NCBI RefSeq assembly: GCF_046119375.1
Contig: NW_027362771.1
Coordinates: 371,132,001 to 371,196,000, forward strand
Reading direction: 5' to 3'
Length of the DNA: 64,000 bases
Source: Phyllobates terribilis
Lineage: Eukaryota
Shown: one piece after another, positions 37,636 through 50,622 of the stretch
Numbering within the stretch: the first letter of the stretch is position 1
How the letters are laid out: the number at the start of each line of letters is the position of its first letter
Notes under the pieces: model-generated
Database searches by the model: none
Seen by the model: the letters and a program-made list of their open reading frames with translations, nothing else
What the model was told of the DNA's origin: nothing
Made by a program: the position numbers and the translations under genes

Positions 37636-38861
37636 CTACAATGTAAAAGATGAAGACTACAATTAGGTGAAATATAAGTTTGTTTTGAATGACACATATT
37701 TTGTATGGATATAGAGAAGTATATCTTGTAATATATGAGTGACTGGTCAATATAATTAGTCTTGGAGAACCCCATTTAATTCATAAGGAGAAAAAACCTT
37801 CAAAAATATCTTTGGTCTCACTGTGAAAATTAATTAAAAGTTTATTTAGAGCAATCCGATACAAGAAGGAGACTCTACTGCTATAAATAATAGAAAAATC
37901 TTTATTCAATCATGATTATGTTAAAGAATTTTAAGAAAAAGACAAAATGCACGGGAAAACAACATGATACAGGATAAAATATGGTAGTATAGTGTAATAT
38001 TAAAAATTCATTGCTGTAGAAGTACAATTGCAGAAACAGTTTTAAGTGGGAGAAAAACCAATGAAGTATACGTCCAGTATCTGTCATTTGTCCCATCACA
38101 ATAAAAGTGCAAGTGCCGCAAAGGGAAAGAGTCCCTTAGACCATGACAAGAAATATATGATACATAGGAGTAACATTATTAACATAGTTCCACACCAAAC
38201 CTAATCTGAAAAAATAATTGAGTAGTAGGCAGCCTTCTAAAGCAACATAAAGTACTTAATAATACAAAAAAAAAACAGCGTGTCCATCAAAGATCACCTC
38301 TTAATGTGTGTTTTGTATTAGGTTCTTCAGACGGAGATGCTGTTTTTTGTTCAATTATGAAGTACTTTATATTGCTTTATAAGGCTACCTTCTATTCTCT
38401 TCTTTTTGGTTATGAAGGGGGGAACTTTTTAATAATAATATTCCTGTCTATCCTATTTCTCACTTTCATAAAGACAACCAAGAAACACTTTATCAGAGAC
38501 TGAATCATAGAACAACAGTGAGATTATGTGAAAAATATCTTAAAATGGTCGTCCGCTTTCAAAGGTTATTGCTCAAATGGCTCAGGGATGCAAAGACAAA
38601 AAAACAAGCTTTTATTTACCTATCTGGGATCAAACGCTGCCTTTCGCCACTTGTGAGGACACAGCTTCTAATCTTAATTAGCCAGACATCTAAATTTGTT
38701 AGGCCAGAAGAAATACACTATTATGTTTATGTTGACTTTTGAATTTGTGTTTTTTTTCTTTTGGTGGAACAAGAAACATTTACTTTTGTCATAAGTCTAA
38801 ATGTTGACTTCTCTTGGTCTGTGAACAATGAATGTTTGCTAAATATGTTGATTAACCATTG

Positions 38862-39480
38862 TGTGGCCCCTGTGGCTTGTTGACTCGCAGAGCAGAGGAG
38901 TATAAGTTATGCAAATTGATTAAAGGCTCAAACAATGAGACATGAGCCCTGCACCTTTCCCCCTGACCTGTGAATGATGACCTGAGCCACAGATGTAAAT
39001 ATAAAACGGGATTTATATTGTGCTGTAAGAAGAATCAGAGAGACTCTTCAGGACAGCATCTTGGTAGCATGGCTTCATCCAGAGGGACACAGATTTGGAT
39101 TCTACAGGATGCCAGCCTAAGGGAACATGGCCCTGGCTGGAAGGATACAGATCTTTTCCATTGACCATCACTGACCCTATGGAGACGTTTGAGGAAAGTC
39201 AGGATTGTGACCCTCCAGTCACCTGGTCCCATGGATATGTTTGGGTTAGCCAGGTCGGGACGATTCAGTCACCTGGCCACATATCTCAAGGCCCTAATCC
39301 CGGTGGGCCAGCGGAAGGGTGAGACTCTGTAATTTTCCCCACCTTGTGTATTTTCTGGGACTGTTCTATATGTTATTGTCTGTTTGGTGGTTCAATAAAG
39401 TATTGCCACACTGTTTAACCCTCACCCTGTGTTGTCTGAGTAGTATTATGCCCACAGAAGATCCCATGTCTTCCCATCAC
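38862..39480 (+). mobile_element. Probable truncated solo LTR
   Basis: TG start, AATAAA at ~39394 followed by an LTR-like U5 stretch (…GTGTTGTCTGAGTAGTATT); no clear CA end or TSD. Confidence 0.35.
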
Positions 39481-40333
39481 TTTTCCGGACTTTTTCATCA
39501 TTTGCAGTGGTGACATCATGTTAGCCATACTGCAATCAGTCTCTGGGCTCTGCGGCTTGTGCCTTATAGATCGGGTCATTGATTGACTGCAGCACTGTCA
39601 AAGTGATGTCGCTGTTTCAGATGATCAACAAAGACTAGAACGCTGGTGCAAGGTGGCACTAAATCCAGAAAGATGAGTTAAAGCTTGGTCATGATTGATA
39701 ATATTATATTATACCTATATGTTAACAAGGGGGTATACCATCAAAAGGTAGAATGTTGGCAATTATGATAGAGACTATAATATGATCATCTAATAAAAAT
39801 AGTGCCATCCTTGGGTTTTCAAATTATATTCAAAGTTTTAGAACCTTAATATGGCACAAGGGAACTTGTTCTAACACTTTTGCCATTAAGCTAGATTTTG
39901 GCTGTATATACTGGGTGACAATTACAGTATACCATAAGGGTCAGTCTATATCTGTGTGCAGTCATTTACAACTGATTTATATGTAGTAAAGTTGCTTATT
40001 TCAACCATACTGCCTAGACTGGACATCATAGACATCCACATTCTTCATATCAACTGTCTTTATTAATTATTTAAAAGGGTTGGCTCAGGATCCTATCTTC
40101 AGGAGTGCATCTCTCCCCTGCCTCCCATTTTTTGCTTGCCGAGGGGAAGTGCTCCAGATGATTGACTTTTTGAGACAGTGGCATGGCAAAGTGACTTGTA
40201 TGTTCTCCTGGGCAGCTTTGCCACTACAGCAACAGAGGAATGCAGGGATATTGAAGCTGACCAGATCTAACCTTCTGGTCAGATTCATAGCAGTGCTTGC
40301 AAGCTGCATAGCAAACAGCTTGCAAACACACAC

Positions 40334-40392
40334 CCCTTGCTAAGGAAACCGGCCACTTCTCATAGATTGCAGAGAAGGCAACAAGTTGTAAA
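40334..40392 (-). CDS. Possible 59-bp micro-exon of the same host gene
   Basis: TTATTCTGTAG| … |GTGTGT; reads LQLVAFSAIYEKWPVSLAR and ends in phase 1, compatible with the 37635 exon. The donor is weak. Confidence 0.25.
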
Positions 40393-40594
40393 CTACAGAA
40401 TAAAAATCCCTCCATTCTTGAGAACAGAGAGGATTTTTAATAAGAGGTAAATTGCAAAGTTCATAGTTTTTACAAATACTTTGCAATTTTACCCATTTAT
40501 TAAGATCACTAATTTGCAGCACAGACTGGAAATGTAATGTAAAAAAGTAGAAGACTGAGCATATTAGCTGTCTAAAGATTTTACCCCCACAATT

Positions 40595-41290
40595 TAACCA
40601 CTTCCCCACATGTTGATTTTTAATTTTTGCACTTTCGTGTTTTCCTCCCCTTCTTCAAAAAACCATAACTTTTCATTTTTCCATCAACCTAAACGTATGA
40701 GGACTTAATTGTTTTTGCAGGATGAGTTGTACTTTTGAATGACACCATCCATTTTATCATGTAATGTACTGGAAAGTGGATAAAAAAATCCAAGTGCAGT
40801 GAAATAGCGGAAAAGTGTAATTCTGCAATTGTTTTTTTTTTTATTTACAGCATTCATTATATAGTAAAAATCACCTAAATTTATCTTTAGAGCCGTATCG
40901 GTTTACATTTTTCGGGTGATGGAGCTGTGTTTGTGGTGTGAGCTGTCATTTTTGATTATACCACTTATGAATAGATACAATGTTTCGATCGCCTCTCTTT
41001 GCATTTTATTACGCTGTCGTGGCACCCAAAATCTGCCCTTTTGATTCATTTTCTCGTTACACCGTTTACTCATTGGGCTCATTTTATATTTGTAAAGATT
41101 GGACTGTAACGGATGTAGAGATACCATATATGCATATATTTTTTAAAGTTCTTAATTCTAAATGGGTGAAAAGGGGAGTGATAGTGATTTGAACTTTTAA
41201 ATTTTTTATTTTTTTTAAACTTTTTTTTTCTTTTTAGTGTTTTTCTTGTGCTATATACAGCAGCTATAGATAACAAAAATCACTGTTTCC
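40595..41290. mobile_element. Degenerate non-autonomous TTAA-type DNA transposon fragment
   Basis: Begins TTAA|CCACTTCCCC; AT-rich body; no matching right end found. Confidence 0.3.
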
Positions 41291-41705
41291 TATGAACACC
41301 TGTATGGGGAAAGAAACAGGTGTATATCTGGTACCAGTAACCCAAAATAAAGAGATGCTTGCAATAATTAAAAAATGAAAAGTACTTTTTTTCAACCATC
41401 AAAGTGCACAAGGCTAGACATAAAATCAATTAAAAAACAAAAAAGTAAGGGGATACTTTTTGTGAAGATAACAATCTCCATATCACAATAGAAAAGGAGA
41501 AAAAAGATGGTCTCCCAAAAGGCTTAATACAAAATATGGCTAGAGATAAATAAATAAACCAGGATTTCCAAGAGCAAATGCCTATGTATAGCAAAATATA
41601 CTAATGGAATATACATTGTGGAACAAAAATAACATATAAATGTAAATAATATACACACCCAAAGGAGTATCAAATCCTGAATACACTTATGAACCTCAAG
41701 GTACG

Positions 41706-42762
41706 TGACTCGCCCCCTGGGCCAGTGCTGTAGTGCGGCGCGCGTGCGCGCGGGGATACCCGGAGCCGGATCCGATGGGGGTAGTAGTCTTCTTGTGGCG
41801 GTGACCCGGTCCGTGCCCAGGGTGTCAAACTAAGTGGCAGTTATTGGTGTGATGGTATTAGTGTCCGACTACGCCACCCGTTGAATGCGGTTATGAAACC
41901 GCCGCTGCAGGGCAGACCGCTGAGGCCGGTGGTATAGGTGTGCAGCAATGTTGATATAACCCCCAATGGGAGAGGTATGGCCTCAGGGCAGCGGATGTGG
42001 GTGATGTTGGGAGTGATGGTGTGGATGTCCCGGCACTAACGGTGCGACAAGGAAGCACGGAGACGCGAGGGTACAGTTCAGGGCCTTTACTGATGGTACA
42101 AGGCAAATTCCCCCGGGAGTACTGGCTAGTAGTTGGGGCCTGGTTAGTCTGCGAGTAAGCCGGAGTTCCCCTGGCCAGGTGGAGTTGTAGGCCTTCCCGT
42201 TAGTCTGTACCCTTCCTGGCTACCCTGCTTTCAGCGGTTACAAGTAGCCCACGTCCCTGGGTATACCGTGTGGTGCTCACCCGTATGGCTGGTGACCTGG
42301 GGCCTCCTGTTAGCCTCCGCTCCGGGATGGCGGTGCTGGTCCCTTCGTTGTGACTGAGCCTCCGGGCTTTTATGGCCAGAGGACCTGGAATCCCCTGCCG
42401 GATGGATTCTGCTGCTGGGTATATCTTAGTCCCCACAGCCTCGGACTCCTGTGTCCGGTTTTAGTACCTTCTCCCAGGGCGAGCTCTGCACAGCTCCAGC
42501 CCCTGGCGCTTCTCCTTGGCTCCTACAGAGCTCCTGATGTCTCTCTGTCCCTGTTTCTGCTTGTCCAGACCAGACTCCGTCTCTGTCTGGAACTCCTCTC
42601 CCTAACCCTGCCTCAGCCCCAGTTTATGTAGGGGAAGTTCTTCCCCTCCCAGGACTGGGCAGGAGGTGTGGCATGCTTAGGATTCCTGCCCAGGAGACCT
42701 CCCACCTGCTCACAGACGTAATACTGCTATTACTGTGGAAACCAGACCCCTGGGGTGCCACA
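41706..42762 (-). repeat. 3' LTR
   Basis: TG…CA; nearly identical to 48614-49670; preceded on the minus strand by PPT AGGGGGGAA (42763-42771). Confidence 0.93.
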
Positions 42763-43000
42763 TTCCCCCCTAGTGAAATTTAGTACTCCCGGACTAAACA
42801 TAACAGGGTATAAACAATAACAATTAAATACATGAGATGGTCACGGCGTGTCCGTAACCGGGAAGCAATAAGGGTGTCCATTTCACCAAAGAACAGGGAG
42901 CCGTAACCAGGTAGGGATCTGTCCTGCCCCGAGTCTTCAACAGTCTTTAGTCCATTCCTGGGTTACGCTCCAAACATATTTACAACAGAGTTCCGGTTAC

Positions 43001-46000
43001 TCACTGTCCATAACCTGTCAGTCCATATAAAGAAATCTGTAACTGAAAAACATAATTAGCAACGGCTACAACAAAACAGGTAAACATAAAATAGTTAAAG
43101 CAACTAGCCAACTTAGATTCTCCAACGTACGGGCATCTGGCCTCTGGTAACCCTAGTGGACCTACGGAGCTCACTAACTGGTCCTGCACTACAGGAGGTG
43201 TTATGGGCAGGCTGGGCAGCTTTCTGCGCACTCTTTGGCTCACTAGGGGCACGGCAGGCTCACTACTAGCAGAGGGTTGATCCTCCTGTATTGCTGGTGT
43301 GGACTCTTCTGCCTCTTGGGCCGGCTGCTCTTCCAGCTCTACTGGTTCTTCTGTAGGCACTTGCGGGGCTGGCTGGAGAAAGGTGAGGACGGGTACCACG
43401 ACAGCACAGTTTACTTGTGTCCAAGACCGGGGGAAGTCTCCGAGTACAGTCCTGATCATTTCTTCCCTTTCCTCTGCGGGTCGAGGGTTTTCTTAATCTT
43501 CTTCTTCAGGGCTTTGCAGCTGCTCGGGACACTTCTTCAGGTGGTCTCTGGAGACAACGGCTGTGGTTTCTCCTCCATCCTTACTGCTCACGCAAATCTT
43601 TGGGCTCTCATGGCTTGATGGCAGTACGGTGTACGGGTCCTTCTCCCACTGGTCGTCCAACTTGTGGAGCCGTCTTTTCCTCTTCAAGACCTGCTCTCCA
43701 GGTACCAGGGGAACAGCGGGAGCATACTGATTATAAGCCTTCTCTTGCCTTTCTCTAGCTTGAGACAGACTTCGCTCCACGCTCTCCTGCACTTTCCGAT
43801 ACTGCTGCTGCCGTCCTGTATCTCAGTCTGCCTCTGGCGAGGTGTCCTCGGGCGTCAGGACTCCCATATCCAGGTCGATAGGCAGCTTACCAGGCCTGGC
43901 TCTCATTAGGTAAGCCGGGGTACAGTTGGTAGAACCTACAGGGATGTGGTTGTGTAGGTCCACCAGATCAGGCAGCTTCTCAGGCCACATACTGCGTTCT
44001 TCCAGGGGCAATGTTTTCAGGAGGTCTATCACCACCTGGTTTATCTTCTCGCAGAGTCCATTAGTTTGTGGGTGATAGGGCGTTGTTCTTATCTTCGTGC
44101 AGCCATACAGGTTGCAGAACTCCTGGAAGACTTCCGCTTCGAAGGCTGGCCCTTGGTCTGTCAGCACTTGGTCCGGGTACCCGTGTGGACGGCAGAAGTG
44201 CTGCTGGAAGGCTCTAGCTGCTGTTTGAGCCGTTAAGTCCTTGACCGGGACCACCACCAGGAACCGGGAGTAATGATCTACGATTGTGAGGGCGTAGACA
44301 TACCCAGATCTGCTTGGAGCCAGTTTCACATGGTCCAGGGCTACCAGTTCCAGTGGCTGTCGGGTGATGATGGGCTGCAAGGGAGTCTTCTGGCTGGCAC
44401 GGTCCTTCCTTCTTAGGTGGCACGGTCCACAGTCTCTGCACCACCTCTCGATGGCTCCTCTCATGCCTACCCAGTAGAACCGCTCACGCAATAAGAACTC
44501 CAGCTTCTTCCACCCGAAATGTCCTGCTCCGTTGTGGTACGCCTCCAGAATCATAGCCGCGTCTCGTCTGGGGACCACTACCTGCCAGGTCAACTCATGT
44601 GTTCGAGAGTTAACCATTCTCCGGCACAACTTCTCTCTGTAGAGGAACAGCCTACTTTTCTCCTTCCACAGTTGCTTAGTCTCCTCTGGGGCGTCTGGGT
44701 CCAGACTGGCATCGGCTTGGGTCAGCATTTCCTTCACCAGACGGACTGCAGGATCACTGTCTTGCGTCTCCGCCCAGTTGTAGTGGGGCAAGGGATTGAA
44801 CGTCGCGGAGCGCCTGTCCTTCACACGGTGGGAATACAGGGTAATCCCATGACGGTGGAACGCAGGGAGCTCAACTTCTTCCAGATCTTCTGGATCTTCC
44901 CCTACGTCCGGTAAGTTCGGCATTCTAGACAGGGCATCCGCGTTGGCATTTGAGCGTCCTGCCCGGTATTTGATGGTGAATTCAAAGTTGGACAGGCGAG
45001 CCATCCATCTCTGTTCCAGAGCACCGAGCCTTGCAGTGTCCAGGTGTGTCAACGGGTTGTTATCCGTGTACACGATGAATTTGGAGGAGACAAGGTAATG
45101 CTTGAAACGTTCGGTCACTGCCCACACTACTGCCAGGAACTCCAGCTTGAATGAGCTATAATTCTCAGGGTTCCTCTCGGTGGGTCGTAGCTTTCGGCTA
45201 GCGTAAGCGATTACCCGTTCTTTTCCTTGCTGGATCTGGGACAGCACGGCTCCTAGTCCGATGTTACTTGCGTCCGTGTGGAGGATAAAGGGCTGGCTGT
45301 AGTCTGGATATGCCAGGATTTCATCCCCCGTGAGGGCCATCTTCAGCTGGCTAAAGGACTCCTCTTCCAGCTTTTCCCACCTGAAGGGCGGCTTCTGGTT
45401 TTTGGCTTTTCGAGATTGACCTATCAGGAGGTCCTGCATAGGGGCTGCCATTTTGGTGAAACCGGGAATGAATCTTCGGTAGTAGCCTACCAACCCGAGG
45501 AACTGCCGCACTTCCTTTATGCTGGAGGGTCTTGGCCAGTCCTTAATCACGGTGATCTTATCAGGGTCAGGAGCCACTCCGTCAGCACTCACCACGTGTC
45601 CCAGGTATTGCACCTTTGGTTTCAGGAGGTGACACTTGGAGGGTTTCACCTTTAGGCCGTAGTTTGCCAGAGCTTCGAACACTTCTGCCAGGTGTTTCAG
45701 GTGGTCCTCGTAGGTCTTGGAATAGACGATGACATCGTCCAGGTATAACAGGACCGTCTCGAAGTTCCGGTGTCCCAGACAGCATTCCATCAACCGTTGG
45801 AAGGTTCCTGGTGCGTTGCAGAGCCCGAACGGCATACAGTTAAATTCGCTGAGACCCATCGGGGTGGTGAATGCGGTCTTCTCTCGGTCTGCCTCTGCTA
45901 CAGGAACCTGCCAGTACCCGCTAGTGAGATCCAAAGTAGAGAAGAAATTAGCAGATTTTAATGCAGCTAAGGACTCTTCTATCCTTGGTAACGGGTACGC

Positions 46001-47244
46001 ATCTTTGTGTGTGATACGGTTGACCTTCCTGTAGTCTACACACATTCTCATAGTGTTGTCCTTCTTTTTCACTTAGACTAGTGGAGCTGCCCAGGGGCTA
46101 CAGCTGTCCCTGATTACCCCAGCCTCCTTCATGTCTCTAAGCATCCCCTTGGCGTGTTGGTAGTGTGCAGGGGGTACGGGTCGGTATCTCTCCTTTATGG
46201 GAGGATGGTCTCCCGTGGGAATGTGGTGTTCTACCCCCTTTACTCGCCCGAAGTCTAACGGGTGTTTACTAAACACTCTCTCGTACTCTTGAACCACCCG
46301 ATAGACTCCTTGTTTCTGGTGTGAGGGAGTGGAGTCAGTACCCAGATGTAGTTGTTGACACCAGTCCTCCACTGGTTTCTTAGAGCCGTTAACTTCCTCT
46401 GGTTGAGATGGAGGCAAGGGTTCCACGGCCTGTACAGAATTCTGGTTTATGGTGAACAATTTAGCTAGCGTGCCATACCGGGGCAGGTGTACTTCTCTCT
46501 CACCGATATTTATGATGCGAACGGGCACCCTCCCATGGCGTACATCGACCACCCCCCGTGCTGTCAAAATGGTGGGCCTACTGTCTGAGTAGACGGGTTC
46601 TACCATTGCTTGGTAGTCTCTACCTCTTAGACCAATAGCTGCCCGGCACCAAATCATCATCTCACTTTTTGGGGGCATGGCAATAGGGAACGGGTCACAC
46701 ATTCTCACGCTACCTATCTCACCACCAGATAGTTCCACCTGTTGCCGCTTCATCAGTGCCCGGATCTCTTTTTGGAGCACACGCTGCTGGCCGGAACTGG
46801 CGTTCTTGGCAACCTGCTGTAAAATGAGAATCACCTCTGCAAGACAATTTTCAATTACATTGGTTCCCAGGGTGATTCTAGGGTGACTCTCATGACGGTC
46901 TATGTCCACTATAATCAGTCCTTGTGCCGCCAGTTCGACTTTACCGATTTTAATGGTCACCTCCTTGAATCCCACCTGCGGCACGGGCTGACCATTGCTG
47001 GCGATGATGCTCAGGTCGTCGTCTGGGTAGCGGGTTATGTCCGAATCATTCCAGTACTGCTTGAAGAGCACGTACGGGATGGTGGTGACCTGTGACCCAG
47101 TGTCTAGTAGGGCACTCATAGGAATGCCATCCAGTACCACAGCAAGATTGGACGTCCCCCTACGTATTTATCACGCCAGTTTGATGGGCCTGATGGTCTT
47201 ATGCCTGGGGGTTGGCCCTCTACCCCAGGTTGTGCCCGTTTAAA
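43001..47244 (-). pseudogene. pol: Gypsy pol (protease, RT, RNase H, integrase) with a frameshift near 47150 and three in-frame stops
   Basis: LLDTGS, YLDDVIV, TDASN, H…H…C..C zinc motif, DHYSRF/TDQG/NGLCE. Stops at 46073-46075, 43823-43825 and 43493-43495 are all in one frame. Confidence 0.92.
47205..47244 (-). promoter_or_regulatory. -1 ribosomal frameshift signal at the gag-pol junction
   Basis: Slippery heptamer TTTAAAC (47244-47238), 8-nt spacer, stem CCTGGGG…CCCCAGG; the -1 frame is open past the gag stop. Confidence 0.7.
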
Positions 47245-48203
47245 TGACAGTACCTTGCCACATGTCCGGGTTGATTGCAGCGGCGGCAAATAGGTCGTCC
47301 GTCCTCGTTGTATCGATCGCTGGGTCTTCCTCTGGCCGGTGGGGTCCTCCTTGGTCGGCGCCACGGGATGTCCTCCGGTCCGGATGCCAGCTCGATCTTC
47401 CCTGCAGTAGAGACCTGTAAAGACTGCACAGTTCTGGTTAGCGCGGCAACGCTCTTAGTCAGCTCTTGGACCTGATGGTGCAGGTCTGTAGCCGGGTCAC
47501 TGTTTAAAGCCTCCGCATCAGCTCCCACAGGCCCTGCAGACAAGGGCGCCGTCTCCTGGTGATAAGTGATAGCAGGGCGCCTGTGGGTCACAGCGCCACC
47601 TGGTGCCGGTTCTCGGAGCACCCGGATGGCTCTGTCTTTGAACTGTGCAAAGTCCAGGTCAGGGTCCTGTAAGGCCATTGCCCGCAACTGGGTTCGGTGG
47701 GCATTGCACAGTAGACCCTCAATGAATTGTTCAGTCAACAGCTTATCTTCATTTCCCACGCTGTCAGGGTCTGCCTGCTTAATGGCTCTCAGGGCCTCTT
47801 GTAGGTTTAGAGCATAGTCTCTTATACTCTCATGTGCTCGTTGTTTGCACCCATAAAATCTTAGCTTTATTTCGGCTGAGGTGCGGGTGTCAAATGTGTC
47901 TTTCAGCCGGGTTAGTATGTCTCTGACAGTCCTCTTCCTCCCAGGTGGCCAGGACTTTACCTCCCTTTGGGCTGCCCCGATTAATTGGGCCACCAGGATA
48001 CTCACTTTTTGCGCCTCCGTGAGGGGATACACCTGGAAGAGGCTATCCAGCCTTTCTCTGAAGTCATTTAGGGTATGTGACTCCCCTGAGTACTGGGGTA
48101 GCCAGGCTGCCCCCGGGATATAGGGCATGGTGAAAGGCATGACCGCAGCAGCGGTGGCGCTGGCGGCGGCCGTGGCGGTGAAGCTCTCCTCCGTATCTGA
48201 CAT
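47220..48203 (-). CDS. gag: Gypsy Gag (327 aa, CCHC zinc knuckle)
   Basis: Intact ORF ending CRRCNQPGHVARYC, just downstream of the PBS. Confidence 0.9.
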   Translation of the reverse strand: MSDTEESFTATAAASATAAAVMPFTMPYIPGAAWLPQYSGESHTLNDFRERLDSLFQVYPLTEAQKVSILVAQLIGAAQREVKSWPPGRKRTVRDILTRLKDTFDTRTSAEIKLRFYGCKQRAHESIRDYALNLQEALRAIKQADPDSVGNEDKLLTEQFIEGLLCNAHRTQLRAMALQDPDLDFAQFKDRAIRVLREPAPGGAVTHRRPAITYHQETAPLSAGPVGADAEALNSDPATDLHHQVQELTKSVAALTRTVQSLQVSTAGKIELASGPEDIPWRRPRRTPPARGRPSDRYNEDGRPICRRCNQPGHVARYCHLNGHNLG

Positions 48204-48590
48204 CCTCCTCCTCCCTAGTGGACCGTGGCCTACCTTGCGATGATCCTCTTCCGTAGGCCGCGGCTCCGCAGTGGATCGTCAGGGTTGAGGACCTTCCGTC
48301 GCGCTCCTGTGACGTCGGCGTCTTCTGGGCTCCTTCCAGGACCTTACGCAACGTCCTGACGTGAGGCGGGGCTTCAGTTCTCGCGGGCTTTCGGAGTCCA
48401 CGCCCCTCTTCTTCCCGCGCGGCGCCCTCAGGATGGCGTCCAATGGCGGGAAAACTCCACGGATGGCGGGAAGAAGGCAGAAGATGGCGTCGGATGGCGG
48501 GAATCGGCTCCAGATGGCGGGAAACTTCACCACAGGTAAGTATAAAAGTCTCTTTTTCAGGCACGCAGTACCCGGTGGTTTCGGGCACGA

Positions 48591-48609
48591 AATCCTGCCG
48601 ACTACGCCA
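48591..48609 (-). promoter_or_regulatory. Primer-binding site complementary to tRNA-Ser 3' end
   Basis: TGGCGTAGTCGGCAGGATT, 4 nt from the 5' LTR, complements …AATCCTGCCGACTACGCCA of vertebrate tRNA-Ser. Confidence 0.85.
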
Positions 48610-48613
48610 AAGT

Positions 48614-49670
48614 TGACTCGCCCCCTGGGCCAGTGCTGTAGTGCGGCGCGCGTGCGCGCGGGGATACCCGGAGTCGGATCCGATGGGGGTAGTAGCCTTC
48701 TTGTGGCGGTGACCCGGTCCGTGCCCAGGGTGTCAAACTAAGTGGCAGTTATTGGTGTGATGGTATTAGTGTCCGACTACGCCACCCGTTGAATGCGGTT
48801 ATGAAACCGCCGCTGCAGGGCAGACCGCTGAGGCCGGTGGTATAGGTGTGCAGCAATGTTGATATAACCCCCAATGGGAGAGGTATGGCCTCAGGGCAGC
48901 GGATGTGGGTGATGTTGGGAGTGATGGTGTGGATGTCCCGGCACTAACGGTGCGACAAGGAAGCACGGAGACGCGAGGGTACAGTTCAGGGCCTTTACTG
49001 ATGGTACAAGGCAAATTCCCCCGGGAGTACTGGCTAGTAGTTGGGGCCTGGTTAGTCTGCGAGTAAGCCGGAGTTCCCCTGGCCAGGTGGAGTTGTAGGC
49101 CTTCAGGTTAGTCTGTACCCTTCCTGGCTACCCTGCTTTCAGCGGTTACAAGTAGCCCACGTCCCTGGGTATACCGTGTGGTGCTCACCCGTATGGCTGG
49201 TGACCTGGGGCCTCCTGTTAGCCTCCGCTCCGGGATGGCGGTGCTGGTCCCTTCGTTGTGACTGAGCCTCCGGGCTTTTATGGCCAGAGGACCTGGAATC
49301 CCCTGCCGGATGGATTCTGCTGCTGGGTATATCTTAGTCCCCACAGCCTCGGACTCCTGTGTCCGGTTTTAGTACCTTCTCCCAGGGCGAGCTCTGCACA
49401 GCTCCAGCCCCTGGCGCTTCTCCTTGGCTCCTACAGAGCTCCTGATGTCTCTCTGTCCCTGTTTCTGCGTGTCCAGACCAGACTCCGTCTCTGTCTGGAA
49501 CTCCTCTCCCTAACCCTGCCTCAGCCCCAGTTTATGTAGGGGAAGTTCTTCCCCTCCCAGGACTGGGCAGGAGGTGTGGCATGCTTAGGATTCCTGCCCA
49601 GGAGACCTCCCACCTGCTCACAGACGTAATACTGCTATTACTGTGGAAACCAGACCCCTGGGGTGCCACA
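48614..49670 (-). repeat. 5' LTR
   Basis: 1057 bp; about five substitutions versus the 3' LTR spotted by eye. Confidence 0.93.
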
Positions 49671-50622
49671 TACGCAACCCACAAGGAGATAAGAAAGGGA
49701 GAGAGTGAAAGACACCACATGTTACGCCACAAATATGTGGCTTCCTCAGGGGCTAAGTTCTCCTATGAACACCTGGCATTTAAGAAGTGAAGTTAACCGC
49801 CATGGGCAGAGCTCCACTCCACTGTTAGAGGCAGATGATGGCTTAATAACACAGTCATCATCTGCTGGCAAAGATGCAGGCTCAGTTCCTGAACTGGCAT
49901 CAAAGTTAGGGAGAAGGCATATGATGTAACTGTTCATCATATGTCGATAAGGGGTCAATATACTTTTCTAAAGCCATCCATCTATCCAAAATAGCTAATA
50001 AAATAACATCTACTAGGTTTCTTTGAATTCAGGTTAAAGGAATTTTAAAGCCACTATTCTAAGGGTAAATAATAGCAATGCTAAAATATGGCATATGTAT
50101 TAGTAATGCTTCAAATACCTAAATGCTAAAGTGCCTAGATGACTAAAGTATTTCATGTGGCCTTATTTGCAGTACCACATTTCAGTGTGATAGTGAGAAG
50201 CTTGGTGAAAATATTCTACTTGATCTTTCTTTTCTGACAGTATTCCACCTTATGTGAACGGCTTTTTTGTTGCAGAGGAAATTTGTCATCAGGACAAGCA
50301 GCAAATGAGGGCAAACCTAATGGGACTACTACACTATAGAATCTCATTCACCCCGAAGAGGACAATATGTCTGCATATATTGCTTTCACCCAGGCAAGCA
50401 GCAACTAACAGGAAAGGTAATGATTGGAATTGCTTTTAACTATCACTGTATAGCTGTAAAAAATATGTCGGTTCCATGAAGAAATGTTATCCTAGTCTTT
50501 GGTCAAGCTGTTTAGTATGCCAGATCTTAGACAGTCTGGATGTTTCTGCAGGTGTCTCTCTACACAAGACTGAGTAATATTGTTAAATGGAACTTTTTAT
50601 GTCATTTAAACAAATGACTTAA

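Larger units (their letters stand above)
41706..49670 (-). mobile_element. Full-length Ty3/Gypsy LTR retrotransposon (7965 bp)
   Basis: Two 1057-bp LTRs, 4-bp TSD TACG (41702-41705, 49671-49674), PBS, PPT, gag and pol in PR-RT-RH-IN order. Confidence 0.96.

Noticed and set aside
48064-49539. ORFs in the Gypsy leader and LTRs as an extra or env-like gene
   Set aside because: They are GC-rich chance ORFs, duplicated in both LTRs, with no signal peptide or transmembrane pattern.
49671-50440. Short ORFs (49705-49929, 50254-50439) as host exons split by the Gypsy insertion
   Set aside because: Rejoining the flanks at the TACG TSD gives stops in the relevant frames, and the peptides are not recognisable.
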